The position numbers and the translations under genes are program-made. The notes under the pieces are model-generated. The model worked only from the letters and a program-made list of their open reading frames with translations, was not told the DNA's origin and searched no databases. A stretch of DNA of 64,000 nt, taken from Trueperaceae bacterium (GTDB lineage: Bacteria; Deinococcota; Deinococci; Deinococcales; Trueperaceae). Where the stretch lies: NCBI GenBank assembly GCA_965213705.1, contig OZ243913.1, forward strand, positions 416,001 through 480,000, given 5' to 3'. Positions within the stretch are counted from its first letter, which is position 1; the number at the start of each line of letters is the position of its first letter. This document shows, in pieces, positions 17,331-27,212 of this stretch.

Positions 17331-18161
17331 TTACAAAAGTTTAGTCTGTTTTTCTAAAAGATAAGCCTGGTCCAGAAACCGAGTAACGGTGTAGCCGTTG
17401 TCAAGATAGGTTGTTAGAACATCTCGAGCCGCCATACGCCACGCCAAAGCTGTTTCAGGGTTGTGGTGCAGGTAGTGGGTGAAGTTGTCGGGAATCTCGG
17501 CGCGCAAGCGTGGCTCGGTACGGGTCTTGTCGGGCGCGCCGGGCAGGCCGCCGTTGTTGCTGAGGACGAGGGGCAGCGCCTCGAGGTCGGCAACCGACAC
17601 CGAGTCCGAGGGCGGTGAACCTTGCGCTAGTCGTGAGGGTCTGGTGCCGGCGAGGTCCCAAAAGGCCAGCAGTCGGTCGGTCGGCAGCGTGCCGGCCAGG
17701 GCACCTCCTAGAGTGCCGTACTCGTCGACGCGGTAGGTTTTAGCGACCGCGCCCAAGTGCTCGAGGTTCAGCCGGGCGTTCTTCGCTTGCAAAGGGTCGA
17801 AGGTCCAAGTCATCCACGGCAGACCTTGTGCCAGACACCAGTCACGCTGAAACCACTTGAGCGCTTTGCCTAGGCCCCGACCTTGGTACTCAGGCAACAC
17901 TGCCAACAAATGTGAGTGTAAACCGGTTGGGTGAAACTGCCGCGGTTGGTGGGACGGAAACCCAAAAACGAACCCCGACAGGTCCTCGCCCGACGTTCCT
18001 TTCTCAGGACCGTCGTTGAAAGCGCCCGCAGCCATGCCCCCGGCGTGGCACAACGCCACCATGTCCGTAGCGTGGAGGACGGTTTCGGAACCCCAAACCC
18101 TCTTTTGCAAAACTGCGCATTTTTTTAGGTCTTGAACCTCCGTCAAAAGTCTTATAGCCAT
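17331..18161 (-). CDS. GNAT N-acyltransferase (COG3375-like, succinyltransferase type)
   Basis: Start moved to MAIRLL; GFVFGFP, LHSHLLAV, QGRGLGKALK, WTFDPLQAKNARLNL, PTDRL. Confidence 0.82.
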   Translation of the reverse strand: MAIRLLTEVQDLKKCAVLQKRVWGSETVLHATDMVALCHAGGMAAGAFNDGPEKGTSGEDLSGFVFGFPSHQPRQFHPTGLHSHLLAVLPEYQGRGLGKALKWFQRDWCLAQGLPWMTWTFDPLQAKNARLNLEHLGAVAKTYRVDEYGTLGGALAGTLPTDRLLAFWDLAGTRPSRLAQGSPPSDSVSVADLEALPLVLSNNGGLPGAPDKTRTEPRLRAEIPDNFTHYLHHNPETALAWRMAARDVLTTYLDNGYTVTRFLDQAYLLEKQTKLL

Positions 18162-18288
18162 AAACGTCAGTCTACAGTCAAGCGAACCCCCAACCGTCCT
18201 AGTTCTTTGTTCAACCCTGAGGTTCTGTCCGATTTCCTTTGTGACCTGAAACCAAATCTTGATGGCGGTTATCTCGTTTACTTGGAGA

Positions 18289-18326
18289 AAGGTTTGTACA
18301 ATGTGTGTGCAAACCTTGTGTAAGCT
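18289..18326. promoter_or_regulatory. Candidate CarH/LitR-type operator (11-bp-period TnnACA repeats) and 12-bp inverted repeat upstream of the fasciclin gene
   Basis: TGTACA 18295, TGTGCA 18306, TGTGTA 18317; AAGGTTTGTACA-N5-TGTGCAAACCTT. Confidence 0.45.
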
Positions 18327-18351
18327 AAGCACAAGAAAGGGAAAGGTAAAA

Positions 18352-18861
18352 ATGAAAAAGATTTTAGCGCTTTTGGGAGCATTGTTAGTTATGGGTATGG
18401 TCATGGCACAAGACGCCATGCCCGCCACCGTCGTGGATGTTGCGGCGGGCAACGAGGACTTCTCGACGCTCGTTGCGGCAGTTGAGCAAGCAGGTTTGGT
18501 AGAGACACTGTCCGGTGAGGGTCCATTTACCGTCTTCGCCCCGACGAACGAGGCTTTTACCGCAGCGCTCGAGATGATGGGCATGACGGCCGACGAACTG
18601 TTGGCTAGCGAAGACCTGAGCAGCATCTTGACCTACCACGTAGTCGCCGGTAAGTTGTTGGCCGCCGACGTTCTTGCCGCGGTCGAAGCAGGTGGCGGTA
18701 CCGCCGAAGTAGAAACGGTAAACGGCGCACCCATCACTGTCGAGGTTGTCGACGGCAACGTCGTCATAAACGGCACGGCCACGGTGACCATGACGGACTT
18801 AGAAGCTGGCAACGGCGTGGTTCACGTGATCGACGCTGTCCTTACGCCCCCTATGGAGTAA
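18352..18861 (+). CDS. Secreted fasciclin (FAS1) domain protein
   Basis: Signal peptide MKKILALL..AQ; FSTLVAA, GPFTVFAPTNEAF, ILTYHVV, NGVVHVID. Confidence 0.95.
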   Translation: MKKILALLGALLVMGMVMAQDAMPATVVDVAAGNEDFSTLVAAVEQAGLVETLSGEGPFTVFAPTNEAFTAALEMMGMTADELLASEDLSSILTYHVVAGKLLAADVLAAVEAGGGTAEVETVNGAPITVEVVDGNVVINGTATVTMTDLEAGNGVVHVIDAVLTPPME

Positions 18862-18882
18862 CACTTCTCAAGCAAAAGTCAT

Positions 18883-18915
18883 ACAAAGAAGCCGCCATGA
18901 TGGCGGCTTCTTTGT
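18883..18915 (+). terminator. Intrinsic terminator after the fasciclin gene
   Basis: Perfect 15-bp IR acaaagaagccgcca-tga-tggcggcttctttgt. Confidence 0.85.
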
Positions 18916-18956
18916 GCAACTCCACAACCGGCCCAGAAATGGGATAGTCTCTTGGG

Positions 18957-19859
18957 GTGGAAGCGCTAGGAGTTGCCTTAAACGCCATTTTACCCACCTT
19001 TTTCCTCATTGCCTTGGGAGGTTTTGCAGACAAGCTGTTTCCGGACTTACACATGGAAACGTTGGCCCGACTCAGCGTTCAGGTGCTCATCCCCGCCCTT
19101 ATTTTCAACGCGTTGGTCAGCACCGACCTCACGCTCGGTTCCGCGCTCCGTTTGAGTGGGGCTTATCTTTTGTATTTAGTGGGTTTAGCCGCTGTCGTGG
19201 TGTTGGGCTCGAGAAAGCTGCACCGTCAGCAGGTCATGGGCGTCATGGTTACCACCCTCTTCGGAAACACAGGCAACATGGGCTTGCCGATAACCCTGTT
19301 CGCCTACGGACAAGCGGGGTTCGAACGTGCCGTTGTGCTGCTGGTCGTGTCACTCACCGCCATGTTTATAGCGGGACCTACCTTGTTGGCCGGAGACACG
19401 GGCAGACTCGGGGTGCGCTTTAGAGAAGCCTTCAAGCTCCCCCCTATCTGGGCAACCCTGGCGGGGCTGTTGGTCAATGTCTTTTCTTTTGAGTTGCCCT
19501 TGAGCGCGACGCGGGGGGTGTCCCTGCTGGCCGGCGCAGCTATTCCCATCATGTTGCTGTCGTTGGGAATTCAGATGCGCCGCAGTTGGGTCTGGGAAGT
19601 CGGGCCGGCCGCCCTCAGGACGACCGCTTTTCGCTTGGGGCTGGGACCTTTTATCGCGTACGGCGCTGCGAAGATGTTGGGGCTCGAGCCGCTCGACCTG
19701 AAAGTGTTGGTGCTGAGCGCCGCCATGCCGGCTGCCGTGACGATGTTTGTCGTTGCCGTAGAGTTGAAGGGGGACTACAGGGGGGTCGCGCGCTCGGTCG
19801 TGGCGACGACGGTGGGTTCTCTTGCGGCTATCACCGCCGTGCTGTTCTTTTTTCCTTAG
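18957..19859 (+). CDS. AEC family transporter
   Basis: About 10 TM; IPALIF, FGNTGNMGLP, AAIPIMLLSLG, AMPAA. Confidence 0.9.
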   Translation: MEALGVALNAILPTFFLIALGGFADKLFPDLHMETLARLSVQVLIPALIFNALVSTDLTLGSALRLSGAYLLYLVGLAAVVVLGSRKLHRQQVMGVMVTTLFGNTGNMGLPITLFAYGQAGFERAVVLLVVSLTAMFIAGPTLLAGDTGRLGVRFREAFKLPPIWATLAGLLVNVFSFELPLSATRGVSLLAGAAIPIMLLSLGIQMRRSWVWEVGPAALRTTAFRLGLGPFIAYGAAKMLGLEPLDLKVLVLSAAMPAAVTMFVVAVELKGDYRGVARSVVATTVGSLAAITAVLFFFP

Positions 19860-20064
19860 CTACCGCAGCAGGGTCGCCCGAATATCTGGACGAGCGCCGA
19901 CAACACGTCCGGCGCAGCCGCGCTGGTTTTTCGCTGTTGGTGAAACCTGTTTTCCCCGGCCACTAGAGCGCGCCATCCACAAAAGCTCGACGCCCGGTTG
20001 TTGCAACCGTTTGCGTTTCCGGGCTGCTTGCTCGAGATACCTCTCGCGCAAGCCAAACGAATTC

Positions 20065-20505
20065 CTACTCTCGGCAGCTCGGACAAAGCCCATAGAAGTT
20101 GAGGTTGGGCTCGTCAACACGCCAACCCGAGTGCGTTTCTATCCGACCTCTGTAGAACTTCGCCGCCTCTTCTGTTGCAAACCCACCTGGTAAATCGGTT
20201 ACGACGCCGCAACCCTTGCAAATAAGGTGATAATGAAGTGAGTTGTTGCTGTCGTAAAGAGCTTCACCACCTCTACCCCGAAATTCGCGGATGGCTCCGG
20301 CTTGCTTCAGGGCACCCAGGTTCAGGTACACGGTCGACAAGCTAAAGCTGTGACCCCGAGCTTGTAGGGCCCGGTAAAGGTCCTCGGCGGTTACGTGTTT
20401 CGCGCCCTCGCGAAAGTAGGTGAGCATGGCGCCGCGCGGACGGCTGTAACGCAGGCCGTACTCACTCAGCAACTCTCGGATATTTGCTTGGTTGGTCGTT
20501 GCCAC
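20065..20505 (-). CDS. Fur family transcriptional regulator (PerR-like)
   Basis: HVTAEDLY, SLSTVYLNL, HYHLICKGCG, GLCPSC; start codon uncertain. Confidence 0.88.
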   Translation of the reverse strand: MATTNQANIRELLSEYGLRYSRPRGAMLTYFREGAKHVTAEDLYRALQARGHSFSLSTVYLNLGALKQAGAIREFRGRGGEALYDSNNSLHYHLICKGCGVVTDLPGGFATEEAAKFYRGRIETHSGWRVDEPNLNFYGLCPSCRE

Positions 20506-20572
20506 GATAACTGCCTTACACCTCCACTGACAGTTTACCACGAACTAAACGGGGGAAAGGTTTTAACAAACG

Positions 20573-20602
20573 AACAGTCTCGGTTCAAAAAGCCGAGACT
20601 GT
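20573..20602. terminator. Hairpin downstream of mdh
   Basis: aacagtctcgg-N8-ccgagactgtt. Confidence 0.6.
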
Positions 20603-20633
20603 TTTTAGGTTGGGGCGATTAGGGGAACTCTTC

Positions 20634-21611
20634 TCAAAAAAGGTGCGAAACAGCGTCCCGCTCTTCCAGCAATTCCTGTTCGGTCGCAGTCATTTTTTCG
20701 CATATGAGAGAATTCAGGTCCAGACCTTCGACGACGCTTATCCGTCCCTCTTCGACACGAACGGGAAAAGAGTAAACGAGGTCGGGCGAAACGTTGTAGT
20801 GACCCTCACTCGGGATAGCCATACTTACCCACTCACCCGTGGGCGTACCGCTCACCCAGGTGCGCATGTGGTCGACAGCGGCCGAGGCGGCCGAGGCGGC
20901 CGACGAGGCACCCCTCGCGTCGATGATGGCGGCACCGCGTTTTTGAACGGTGGGAATGAACGTCTCTTCTATCCAGGGGGCGTCCACCATCTCGGGGGCC
21001 GCCCTGTCCCCTACTGTGGCGTGAAAAGGGTCGGGAACTTGCGTGCTCGAGTGGTTGCCCCAGATAATCACGTTTTTTACGTCCCTCACGGGTGTGTTTG
21101 TTTTGGTAGCAAGCTGACTCAAAGCTCGGTTGTGGTCGAGCCTTGTCATGGCGGTGAACTGTGCCGGTTTCAGGTCGGGCGCGTTCTTCAGGGCGATGAG
21201 CGCGTTGGTGTTTGCAGGGTTACCCACGACCAACACTTTGACTGTTTGCGCTGCGTGGTCGTTGAGCGCTCGTCCCTGACTTGTAAAAATGGTTCCGTTG
21301 GCTTCTAACAAGTCCTTCCTTTCCATCCCCGGACCGCGGGGCCGGGAGCCGACCAACAGCGCGTAGTCCACAGAATTGAAGGCTTTGTCGGCCTGGTCGT
21401 AGGCTTCGATAGTTTCGACCAAGTCGAAAGCTCCGTCGTTAAGCTCCATAATGACGCCTTCCAACGCTTTCATGGCCGGCGTAATCTCGAGCAGTTGCAG
21501 AACGACGGGTTGGTCTTTACCGAGCATGTCACCTGCCGCAATCCTGAACAACAGCGAGTACGCTATTTGCCCGGCCGCACCGGTGACGGCAACCTTTACA
21601 GGTTTTTTCAT
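20634..21611 (-). CDS. mdh: Malate dehydrogenase
   Basis: [52 protein letters not shown]. Confidence 0.97.
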   Translation of the reverse strand: MKKPVKVAVTGAAGQIAYSLLFRIAAGDMLGKDQPVVLQLLEITPAMKALEGVIMELNDGAFDLVETIEAYDQADKAFNSVDYALLVGSRPRGPGMERKDLLEANGTIFTSQGRALNDHAAQTVKVLVVGNPANTNALIALKNAPDLKPAQFTAMTRLDHNRALSQLATKTNTPVRDVKNVIIWGNHSSTQVPDPFHATVGDRAAPEMVDAPWIEETFIPTVQKRGAAIIDARGASSAASAASAAVDHMRTWVSGTPTGEWVSMAIPSEGHYNVSPDLVYSFPVRVEEGRISVVEGLDLNSLICEKMTATEQELLEERDAVSHLF

Positions 21612-21652
21612 GGTTCACTCCTTAGAAGCCTCTGTTGTGCAAAAGTCGGAAA

Positions 21653-21668
21653 TGTTTCACGTGAAACA
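21653..21668. promoter_or_regulatory. parS: parS centromere site 1
   Basis: Perfect TGTTTCACGTGAAACA immediately after the parB stop codon. Confidence 0.95.
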
Positions 21669-22484
21669 TCAGGGTTCATATCCTAAAAGCCCGAGCAGCC
21701 TCGTCAACTCGTCTGCCGAGTGGAAAAATAGCTCAAGCCGACCCTTGTCCTTACCCTTGATCTTTACCTTGGCCCCCACCTGGCGGGTTAAATCCTCTTC
21801 CAGACGTTGGTAGGTACCGGTTTGGGGTTGAGGTACGGGTTGGCTTACCTTGCGTGGCTGGAGCGCTTCGGCCTGTCTCACCGACAACTGTTTCGTCAAA
21901 ATCTCCTTCAGGGCCCAATCGCGGTCGGCTTCAGGTAGCGCCAAAATCGCACGCGCGTGACCCGCCGACACCTCATTTTTCTCCAAAGCGGCAAGAGCCT
22001 CGTCGGGTAGGTTTAACAGTCGTAACGTGTTGGCGACAGCGCTGCGGCTTTTCCCTACCGCCTTGGCAACGGCCTCCTGGTTGAGCCCGAAGCTCATCAA
22101 CTGCTGAAAGGCGCGCGCTTCCTCGACCGCGTTCAAGTCTTCTCGCTGCAGGTTTTCGATGATGGCTATCTCGAGCGTTTCTTGGTCCGTCAGCGTGCGA
22201 ACGACGGCGGGGACCGACACCAAGCCGGCCTGTTTGGCTGCTCGGAAACGTCTTTCGCCTACGACTATCTCGAAACCTTCCGTGACGGGCCGCACCAACA
22301 GCGGTTGAATTACCCCTTTGAGAGCGATTGAAGCCGCGAGTTCGGAAATGGCCTCGGCGTCTATGTGCTTTCTCGGTTGAAACGCCGAAACGTGTAAGGC
22401 GTCGAGGTTTATCTGGCGAACGCCTTCGGACTTGGGTAATAGGGCGTCCAAACCACGTCCTAAACTGCTACGTTTGGCTGACAC
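21669..22484 (-). CDS. parB: Chromosome partitioning protein ParB/Spo0J
   Basis: Start GTG MSAKRSSLGRGLDALL; QPRK, GVIQP, GERRFRA, ENLQREDL, SRSAVANTLRLL. Confidence 0.96.
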   Translation of the reverse strand: MSAKRSSLGRGLDALLPKSEGVRQINLDALHVSAFQPRKHIDAEAISELAASIALKGVIQPLLVRPVTEGFEIVVGERRFRAAKQAGLVSVPAVVRTLTDQETLEIAIIENLQREDLNAVEEARAFQQLMSFGLNQEAVAKAVGKSRSAVANTLRLLNLPDEALAALEKNEVSAGHARAILALPEADRDWALKEILTKQLSVRQAEALQPRKVSQPVPQPQTGTYQRLEEDLTRQVGAKVKIKGKDKGRLELFFHSADELTRLLGLLGYEP

Positions 22485-23226
22485 GCTGCAAAACCTCCTC
22501 TCCCAAAGAGCGGTAGGCCGACGCGCCCTGCGATGTCGGCGCGTAGCTGAAAACGGGTTGTCCATAAGAGGGTGCCTCAGCCAGACGCACGTTGCGAGGA
22601 ATGACCGTCGTAAAAACCAACGCCTTGAAGTGTTCTCTCACGTTGTCTTCGACCTCCTGCGACAAGCGCGTGCGACTATCGAACATAGTCAGTAGGATAC
22701 CCAAAATATTCAGACTGGGGTTCAGCGACGCTTTGACGCGGTTTACCGTGTCCATCATGCCCGCGATACCCTCGAGCGCGTAGTATTCCGTCTGCAGAGG
22801 AATAACGAGTTGGTCTGCAGCCGCCAGCGAGTTGAGTGTCAGCGCCCCTATGGAAGGGGGCGAGTCCACAACTATAAATTCGTAGCTGGGTCTTACGGCT
22901 AGAAGTGCTTTGGAGAGTAACTTGACGCTGTCACTCATGGCGTCCAGCTCGAGGGCTGCAGCTGCCAAGTCAGGTGAAGCGGGCAACACGCTCAGGTTCT
23001 CTGTCGACGTCGGGACAATGGCGCGGCGCGCCGAGGCTTCGCCGACCAGCACGTCGTAGACGGTCTTTTCCGGTCTGACGATGCCGACGCCGCTACTGGC
23101 GTTGGCTTGGGGGTCGAGGTCGACGAGCAGCGTTTTGCGCCGCGCTGCCAAGGCTGCGGCCAGGTTGATAGCCGTCGTTGTTTTGCCTACACCACCCTTT
23201 TGATTTATGACACCTATGATCGGCAA
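22468..23226 (-). CDS. parA: ParA/Soj ATPase
   Basis: NQKGGVGKTT, DLDPQAN, DSPP, EYYALEG, RLAEAPSYG. Confidence 0.96.
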   Translation of the reverse strand: MPIIGVINQKGGVGKTTTAINLAAALAARRKTLLVDLDPQANASSGVGIVRPEKTVYDVLVGEASARRAIVPTSTENLSVLPASPDLAAAALELDAMSDSVKLLSKALLAVRPSYEFIVVDSPPSIGALTLNSLAAADQLVIPLQTEYYALEGIAGMMDTVNRVKASLNPSLNILGILLTMFDSRTRLSQEVEDNVREHFKALVFTTVIPRNVRLAEAPSYGQPVFSYAPTSQGASAYRSLGEEVLQRVSQT

Positions 23227-23822
23227 ACCGAGCCTCCCGCGACAACAACTGCGACAAGCGTACCATGCGTTTTTGCGGGGACGGCGACAACCTCAATCAT
23301 CCTGTGACCCAGTCTTGCTTCTAAAGCAGTGACTTCATGACGAAAGTTGTCACCCTTGCGGCTCAAAAGGGTAATTTTTTCTTCGTGAAGGTGACGGGTC
23401 TCGCAGTACAATTTCTCAAACGTCCCGACGGCGAGGGCGGAGACGAGCGCTACTCGTATACCCACGACATCTCGAACGTCTTGAGCATGTACAACGACGT
23501 TTTCAAGACCCAACTGACTTTTGACGAGTCTTAAAAAGGCGGCCCGGCGTTGACGCCGTTCGACGAGGTGAAAACGCCAGCGGGGTTGGGCCAGGGCCAT
23601 CGGGATGGCGGGCAGGCCCCCACCCGAGCCAATGTCGAGGACCGAAGGTGGGTTTGAAGCGGGTCTTTTTGCAAGTCTGACGTAGGACAAGCTCTCGGCG
23701 ATTTTTCTGTCTACGTCCCCAAGAGCTTGGTCAGACATGAGGTCTAATGTCGAGTGGTACTTGTTCAACAAACCCTTATAAGCCGCAAGAGCCTCAGGCA
23801 GCGAATGTTTCACGTGAAACAT
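23214..23822 (-). CDS. rsmG: 16S rRNA m7G527 methyltransferase (GidB)
   Basis: LDIGSGGGLPAI, LVE....RAAFL; lies between mnmG and parA; start overlaps parS. Confidence 0.88.
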   Translation of the reverse strand: MFHVKHSLPEALAAYKGLLNKYHSTLDLMSDQALGDVDRKIAESLSYVRLAKRPASNPPSVLDIGSGGGLPAIPMALAQPRWRFHLVERRQRRAAFLRLVKSQLGLENVVVHAQDVRDVVGIRVALVSALAVGTFEKLYCETRHLHEEKITLLSRKGDNFRHEVTALEARLGHRMIEVVAVPAKTHGTLVAVVVAGGSVCRS

Positions 23823-25611
23823 CCTTGGCCTTTACGTGAACGAGCAGGGCGGTCAGGTCGCTGTCCCTGACCCCTCGAAGCCGCTGAACCGCACCCAGGG
23901 TTGCGGGTCGCGCCCTGCGGAGGGCCTCTTTGCCCTCGGTGGACAAACTGGCTACTTTGTCGTAGTCAATCTTGTCAAGACTGAGCGTTTCGTAGCTCGA
24001 GCGCAGCTCCAGTTCTTTACGGCTTCGCTCGATGTAGGCTTCGTACTTCACCAAAATCTCGACTTTGGTCTGCTCGGAACTCGTCAGCCCGACCTCGGAA
24101 GGCCCGATGAGGTCGACGACGTCTGCATAAAGCATTTCAGGGCGACACAACAACTTGCTCGCCAAAGTGCCGCCGTGCCTCGTCGCAGCTAAACGCGCTA
24201 TCTCCGTTTGTACTCTGTCTTGACTAGCTAGTACGGTGTTCAGGGCGTCCGTACTTACCAAACCCCACCCGTGACCGACAGGGGAGAGGCGTTCCGCAGC
24301 GTTGTCTTGTCGGTGCAAAAGTCGGTACTCGTTTCTCGAGGTCAACATGCGGTAGGGTTCGTCTATCCCCCACCTTACAAGGTCGTCAATCAACACGCCG
24401 CTGTACCCCTGGTCGCGCCGCAAGGTGACGAGTTCTTGTTTTCCGGCGTGGCGCGCGGCGTTCACCCCAGCTAGCAAACCCTGCAGGGCCGCTTCCTCGT
24501 AACCGCTCGTGCCGTTGATTTGGCCGGCGCTGAACAAACCTGAAACACGTCTGGACATCAGCGTCGGGCTGAGCTGCACGGGGTCGAGTGCGTCGTATTC
24601 CACCGCGTAAGCGTAACGTTGCACGACTGCCCGTTCGAAACCGGGTAGGGTGCGAATCATGTCGTCTTGTAAGTAAGGCGGTAAAGAGCTCGAGAAGCCT
24701 TGCAGGTAAACCTCGCTTGTTTCGACCCCGTCGGGCTCCACAAACAACAAGTGGCGTTCCTTGTCGGCAAAACGCACCACCTTGTCCTCGATCGAAGGAC
24801 AATAACGCGGTCCTTGCCCCTCTATCGCACCGCCGTATATGGCGGAATGCTCGAGGTTTGCCTGGATGAGGGCGTGGGTTGCAGGTGTCGTGTGGGTCAA
24901 CCAAGTGGGACTGCTCGACACATTTTTGCCTGGTTGGCCGGTGAACGACGCGGGCGGGTCGTCTGCGGACACGGTTTGTAAAACGCCGAAGTCGACCGAG
25001 TCTGAACGCACCCTGGGGGGGGTGCCCGTTTTGAAGCGCAGGAGGTTATGGCCGGTGGCGTGCAGACTTTTCGACAGGTGACGCGCCGGCGCTTCGCCCT
25101 GGCGACCCGCCGCTCGTTGCTGCTTGCCGTACCAGACAACGCCCGCCAGAAAAGTACCCGTACACAGGACGACGCTGTCGGCACTCAGTATTCTTCCGTC
25201 AGTCAACGTTGCGCCGACGATGCTTTGCTCGGCGGTCAGTAGGTCCGCGACTTCACCCCTGACGATTTCGATGCCGGGTGTGGTCTCGAGCAAGTTTCTT
25301 GCAGCCGTCGCGTAGGCGTCACGCTCGTTCTGCACCCGCAACGATTGGACGGCCGGCCCCTTGCTGCTGTTGAGCGTGCGGGCGTGGATAGCGGTTTCGT
25401 CAGCGAGGCGGCCCATCACGCCGCCGAGCGCGTGCAACTCGAAAACAAGTTGAGACTTGCCCGGGCCGCCGATGGCCGGGTTGCAGGGCATCAACCCGAT
25501 TTTGGCAGGGTCTGGCAAAACAACAGCTACCCGTTTGCCGAGTCGCGCCGCCGCGTGCGCCGCCTCGACCCCGGCGTGACCCCCACCCACAACAATGACT
25601 TCAAAATTCAT
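23794..25611 (-). CDS. mnmG: tRNA uridine-5-carboxymethylaminomethyl modification enzyme MnmG (GidA)
   Basis: VIVVGGGHAG, MPCNPAIGG, RFKTGTPPR, GPRYCPSIEDK, AGQINGTSGYEEAA, EPYRMLTSR. Confidence 0.97.
   Translation of the reverse strand: MNFEVIVVGGGHAGVEAAHAAARLGKRVAVVLPDPAKIGLMPCNPAIGGPGKSQLVFELHALGGVMGRLADETAIHARTLNSSKGPAVQSLRVQNERDAYATAARNLLETTPGIEIVRGEVADLLTAEQSIVGATLTDGRILSADSVVLCTGTFLAGVVWYGKQQRAAGRQGEAPARHLSKSLHATGHNLLRFKTGTPPRVRSDSVDFGVLQTVSADDPPASFTGQPGKNVSSSPTWLTHTTPATHALIQANLEHSAIYGGAIEGQGPRYCPSIEDKVVRFADKERHLLFVEPDGVETSEVYLQGFSSSLPPYLQDDMIRTLPGFERAVVQRYAYAVEYDALDPVQLSPTLMSRRVSGLFSAGQINGTSGYEEAALQGLLAGVNAARHAGKQELVTLRRDQGYSGVLIDDLVRWGIDEPYRMLTSRNEYRLLHRQDNAAERLSPVGHGWGLVSTDALNTVLASQDRVQTEIARLAATRHGGTLASKLLCRPEMLYADVVDLIGPSEVGLTSSEQTKVEILVKYEAYIERSRKELELRSSYETLSLDKIDYDKVASLSTEGKEALRRARPATLGAVQRLRGVRDSDLTALLVHVKAKDVSRETFAA
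23806..23821. promoter_or_regulatory. parS: parS centromere site 2
   Basis: Perfect TGTTTCACGTGAAACA inside the mnmG/rsmG overlap. Confidence 0.95.
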
Positions 25612-25800
25612 ACAACTCCACCTCAATAATACTCCCCAAGGATATAAACCTGCCTTGGTCCCGGGTTTTGACGGTATCTACAACCGGACCTTCTCACCGA
25701 CTCCCAGTATAGCGCAGGACCCTTGAGAACCTGCGGCACGGGCAAACCATAAGTTTGTTAGACTGCCTTTTTATCCGGGGTGACGGAGGAACTGGCGAGC

Positions 25801-27141
25801 ATGAGCATGGGCAGGCAAGAAAGCGCGATCTGGGAAGACATCATGGGCTACGTCAAGGAGCACATTCCCGACGTCGAATTCCGAACCTGGTTCAAACAGG
25901 TGCGCCCGCTGGGGATAGACGAGGGAACCTTCACTATCGGTGTGCCGCACTCGTTCGCGAGGGACTGGCTCAAAGACCACTACGGCGACTTGATAGAACA
26001 AGCTCTCAAAGACCTGGGCGCGTCTTCGCCCAGGGTGGGCTTTAAAGTCGTGGCGTTTCCAAAAACAGAACAGCAAGACATGTTCACTTCGGCGACACCC
26101 GCCGAAGAAGCGCCGCGCAAGGCGACGGCGCGGCTGAACCCGAAGTACATTTTCTCAAACTTTGTCGTCGGGCCGAACAACAACCTCGCCCACGCCGCTT
26201 CTTTGGCGGTCGCCGAGGCCCCGGGTCGCGCCTACAACCCGCTTTTTTTGTACGGCGAAGCCGGGTTGGGCAAAACCCACCTTATGCACGCCGTCGGACA
26301 CGCGGTTTCCGAAAAATATCCGAGTTTGCAGGTCGAGTACGTGACGACCGAAGCCTTTACCAACGACCTCATCAACGCCATCCGAGAAGACCGCATGGCG
26401 CTGTTCAGGGACCGCTACCGCTCCATCGACCTGTTGCTCATCGACGACGTACAGTTTATCGCCGGCAAAGAGCGTACTCAAGAAGAGTTTTTTCATACTT
26501 TCAACTCGCTGTACGAGTCCGGCAAACAGATTATCTTGTCGTCCGACCGGCCGCCCAAGGACATCCCGACGCTCGACAACCGCATTCGCAGCCGCTTCGA
26601 GTGGGGCCTCATCACCGACGTGCATCCGCCCGAGTTGGAGACGCGCATCGCCATCCTGAAAATGAACGCCGAGTACCGCGGCGTGCGCATTCCGGGCGAG
26701 GTGTTCGACTTTATCGCCAGGCAGGTCACGTCGAACATTCGGGAGTTGGAGGGTGCCTTGATGCGCGTCATCGTCTACGCGAGTATGAACCAGTCCGACA
26801 TCACCCGGCAGACGGCGGCGCGGGCGCTGTCGGACGTGTTTACCCAGAGCGAACTCAACCTGACGATGGACGATATTTTACGGGTCACCTCACGCCACTA
26901 CGAAACCGACCAGCAGGACTTAAAGTCCAAAGGCAGACGCCACGAACTCGTGGTACCTAGGCAAGTCGCCATGTACCTCATCCGCGAACTCACGCCCCAC
27001 TCTTATCCAGAAATCGGCCAGTTTTTTTCGGGCCGTGACCACTCCACTGTGATGTACGCCGTCCAAAAAGTGACTGAACAGCTCGAGCAAGACAGTGAAC
27101 TAGAGGTGCGAGTAAGAGACATAAAGGAAGAACTCATCTAG
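25801..27141 (+). CDS. dnaA: Chromosomal replication initiator DnaA
   Basis: [52 protein letters not shown]; start could be 25780, 25801 or 25807. Confidence 0.98.
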   Translation: MSMGRQESAIWEDIMGYVKEHIPDVEFRTWFKQVRPLGIDEGTFTIGVPHSFARDWLKDHYGDLIEQALKDLGASSPRVGFKVVAFPKTEQQDMFTSATPAEEAPRKATARLNPKYIFSNFVVGPNNNLAHAASLAVAEAPGRAYNPLFLYGEAGLGKTHLMHAVGHAVSEKYPSLQVEYVTTEAFTNDLINAIREDRMALFRDRYRSIDLLLIDDVQFIAGKERTQEEFFHTFNSLYESGKQIILSSDRPPKDIPTLDNRIRSRFEWGLITDVHPPELETRIAILKMNAEYRGVRIPGEVFDFIARQVTSNIRELEGALMRVIVYASMNQSDITRQTAARALSDVFTQSELNLTMDDILRVTSRHYETDQQDLKSKGRRHELVVPRQVAMYLIRELTPHSYPEIGQFFSGRDHSTVMYAVQKVTEQLEQDSELEVRVRDIKEELI

Positions 27142-27212
27142 TATGGCCTCCCTTTTTACCTTAATAAAAGAGCCTTTCCACTCACAATCCCTCATAAAAG
27201 GGGTCTTTTGCT

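Noticed and set aside
17331..18626. 431-aa ORF as listed
   Set aside because: The first 155 aa are antisense to the fasciclin gene; the GNAT domain starts at 18161.
19860..20064. Short ORFs between the AEC transporter and the Fur-family gene
   Set aside because: No SD, no recognisable motif and conflicting frames; cannot be supported.
21451..21813. 120-aa plus-strand ORF containing MFHVKH
   Set aside because: It is antisense to mdh and parB; the peptide is simply the translation of parS.
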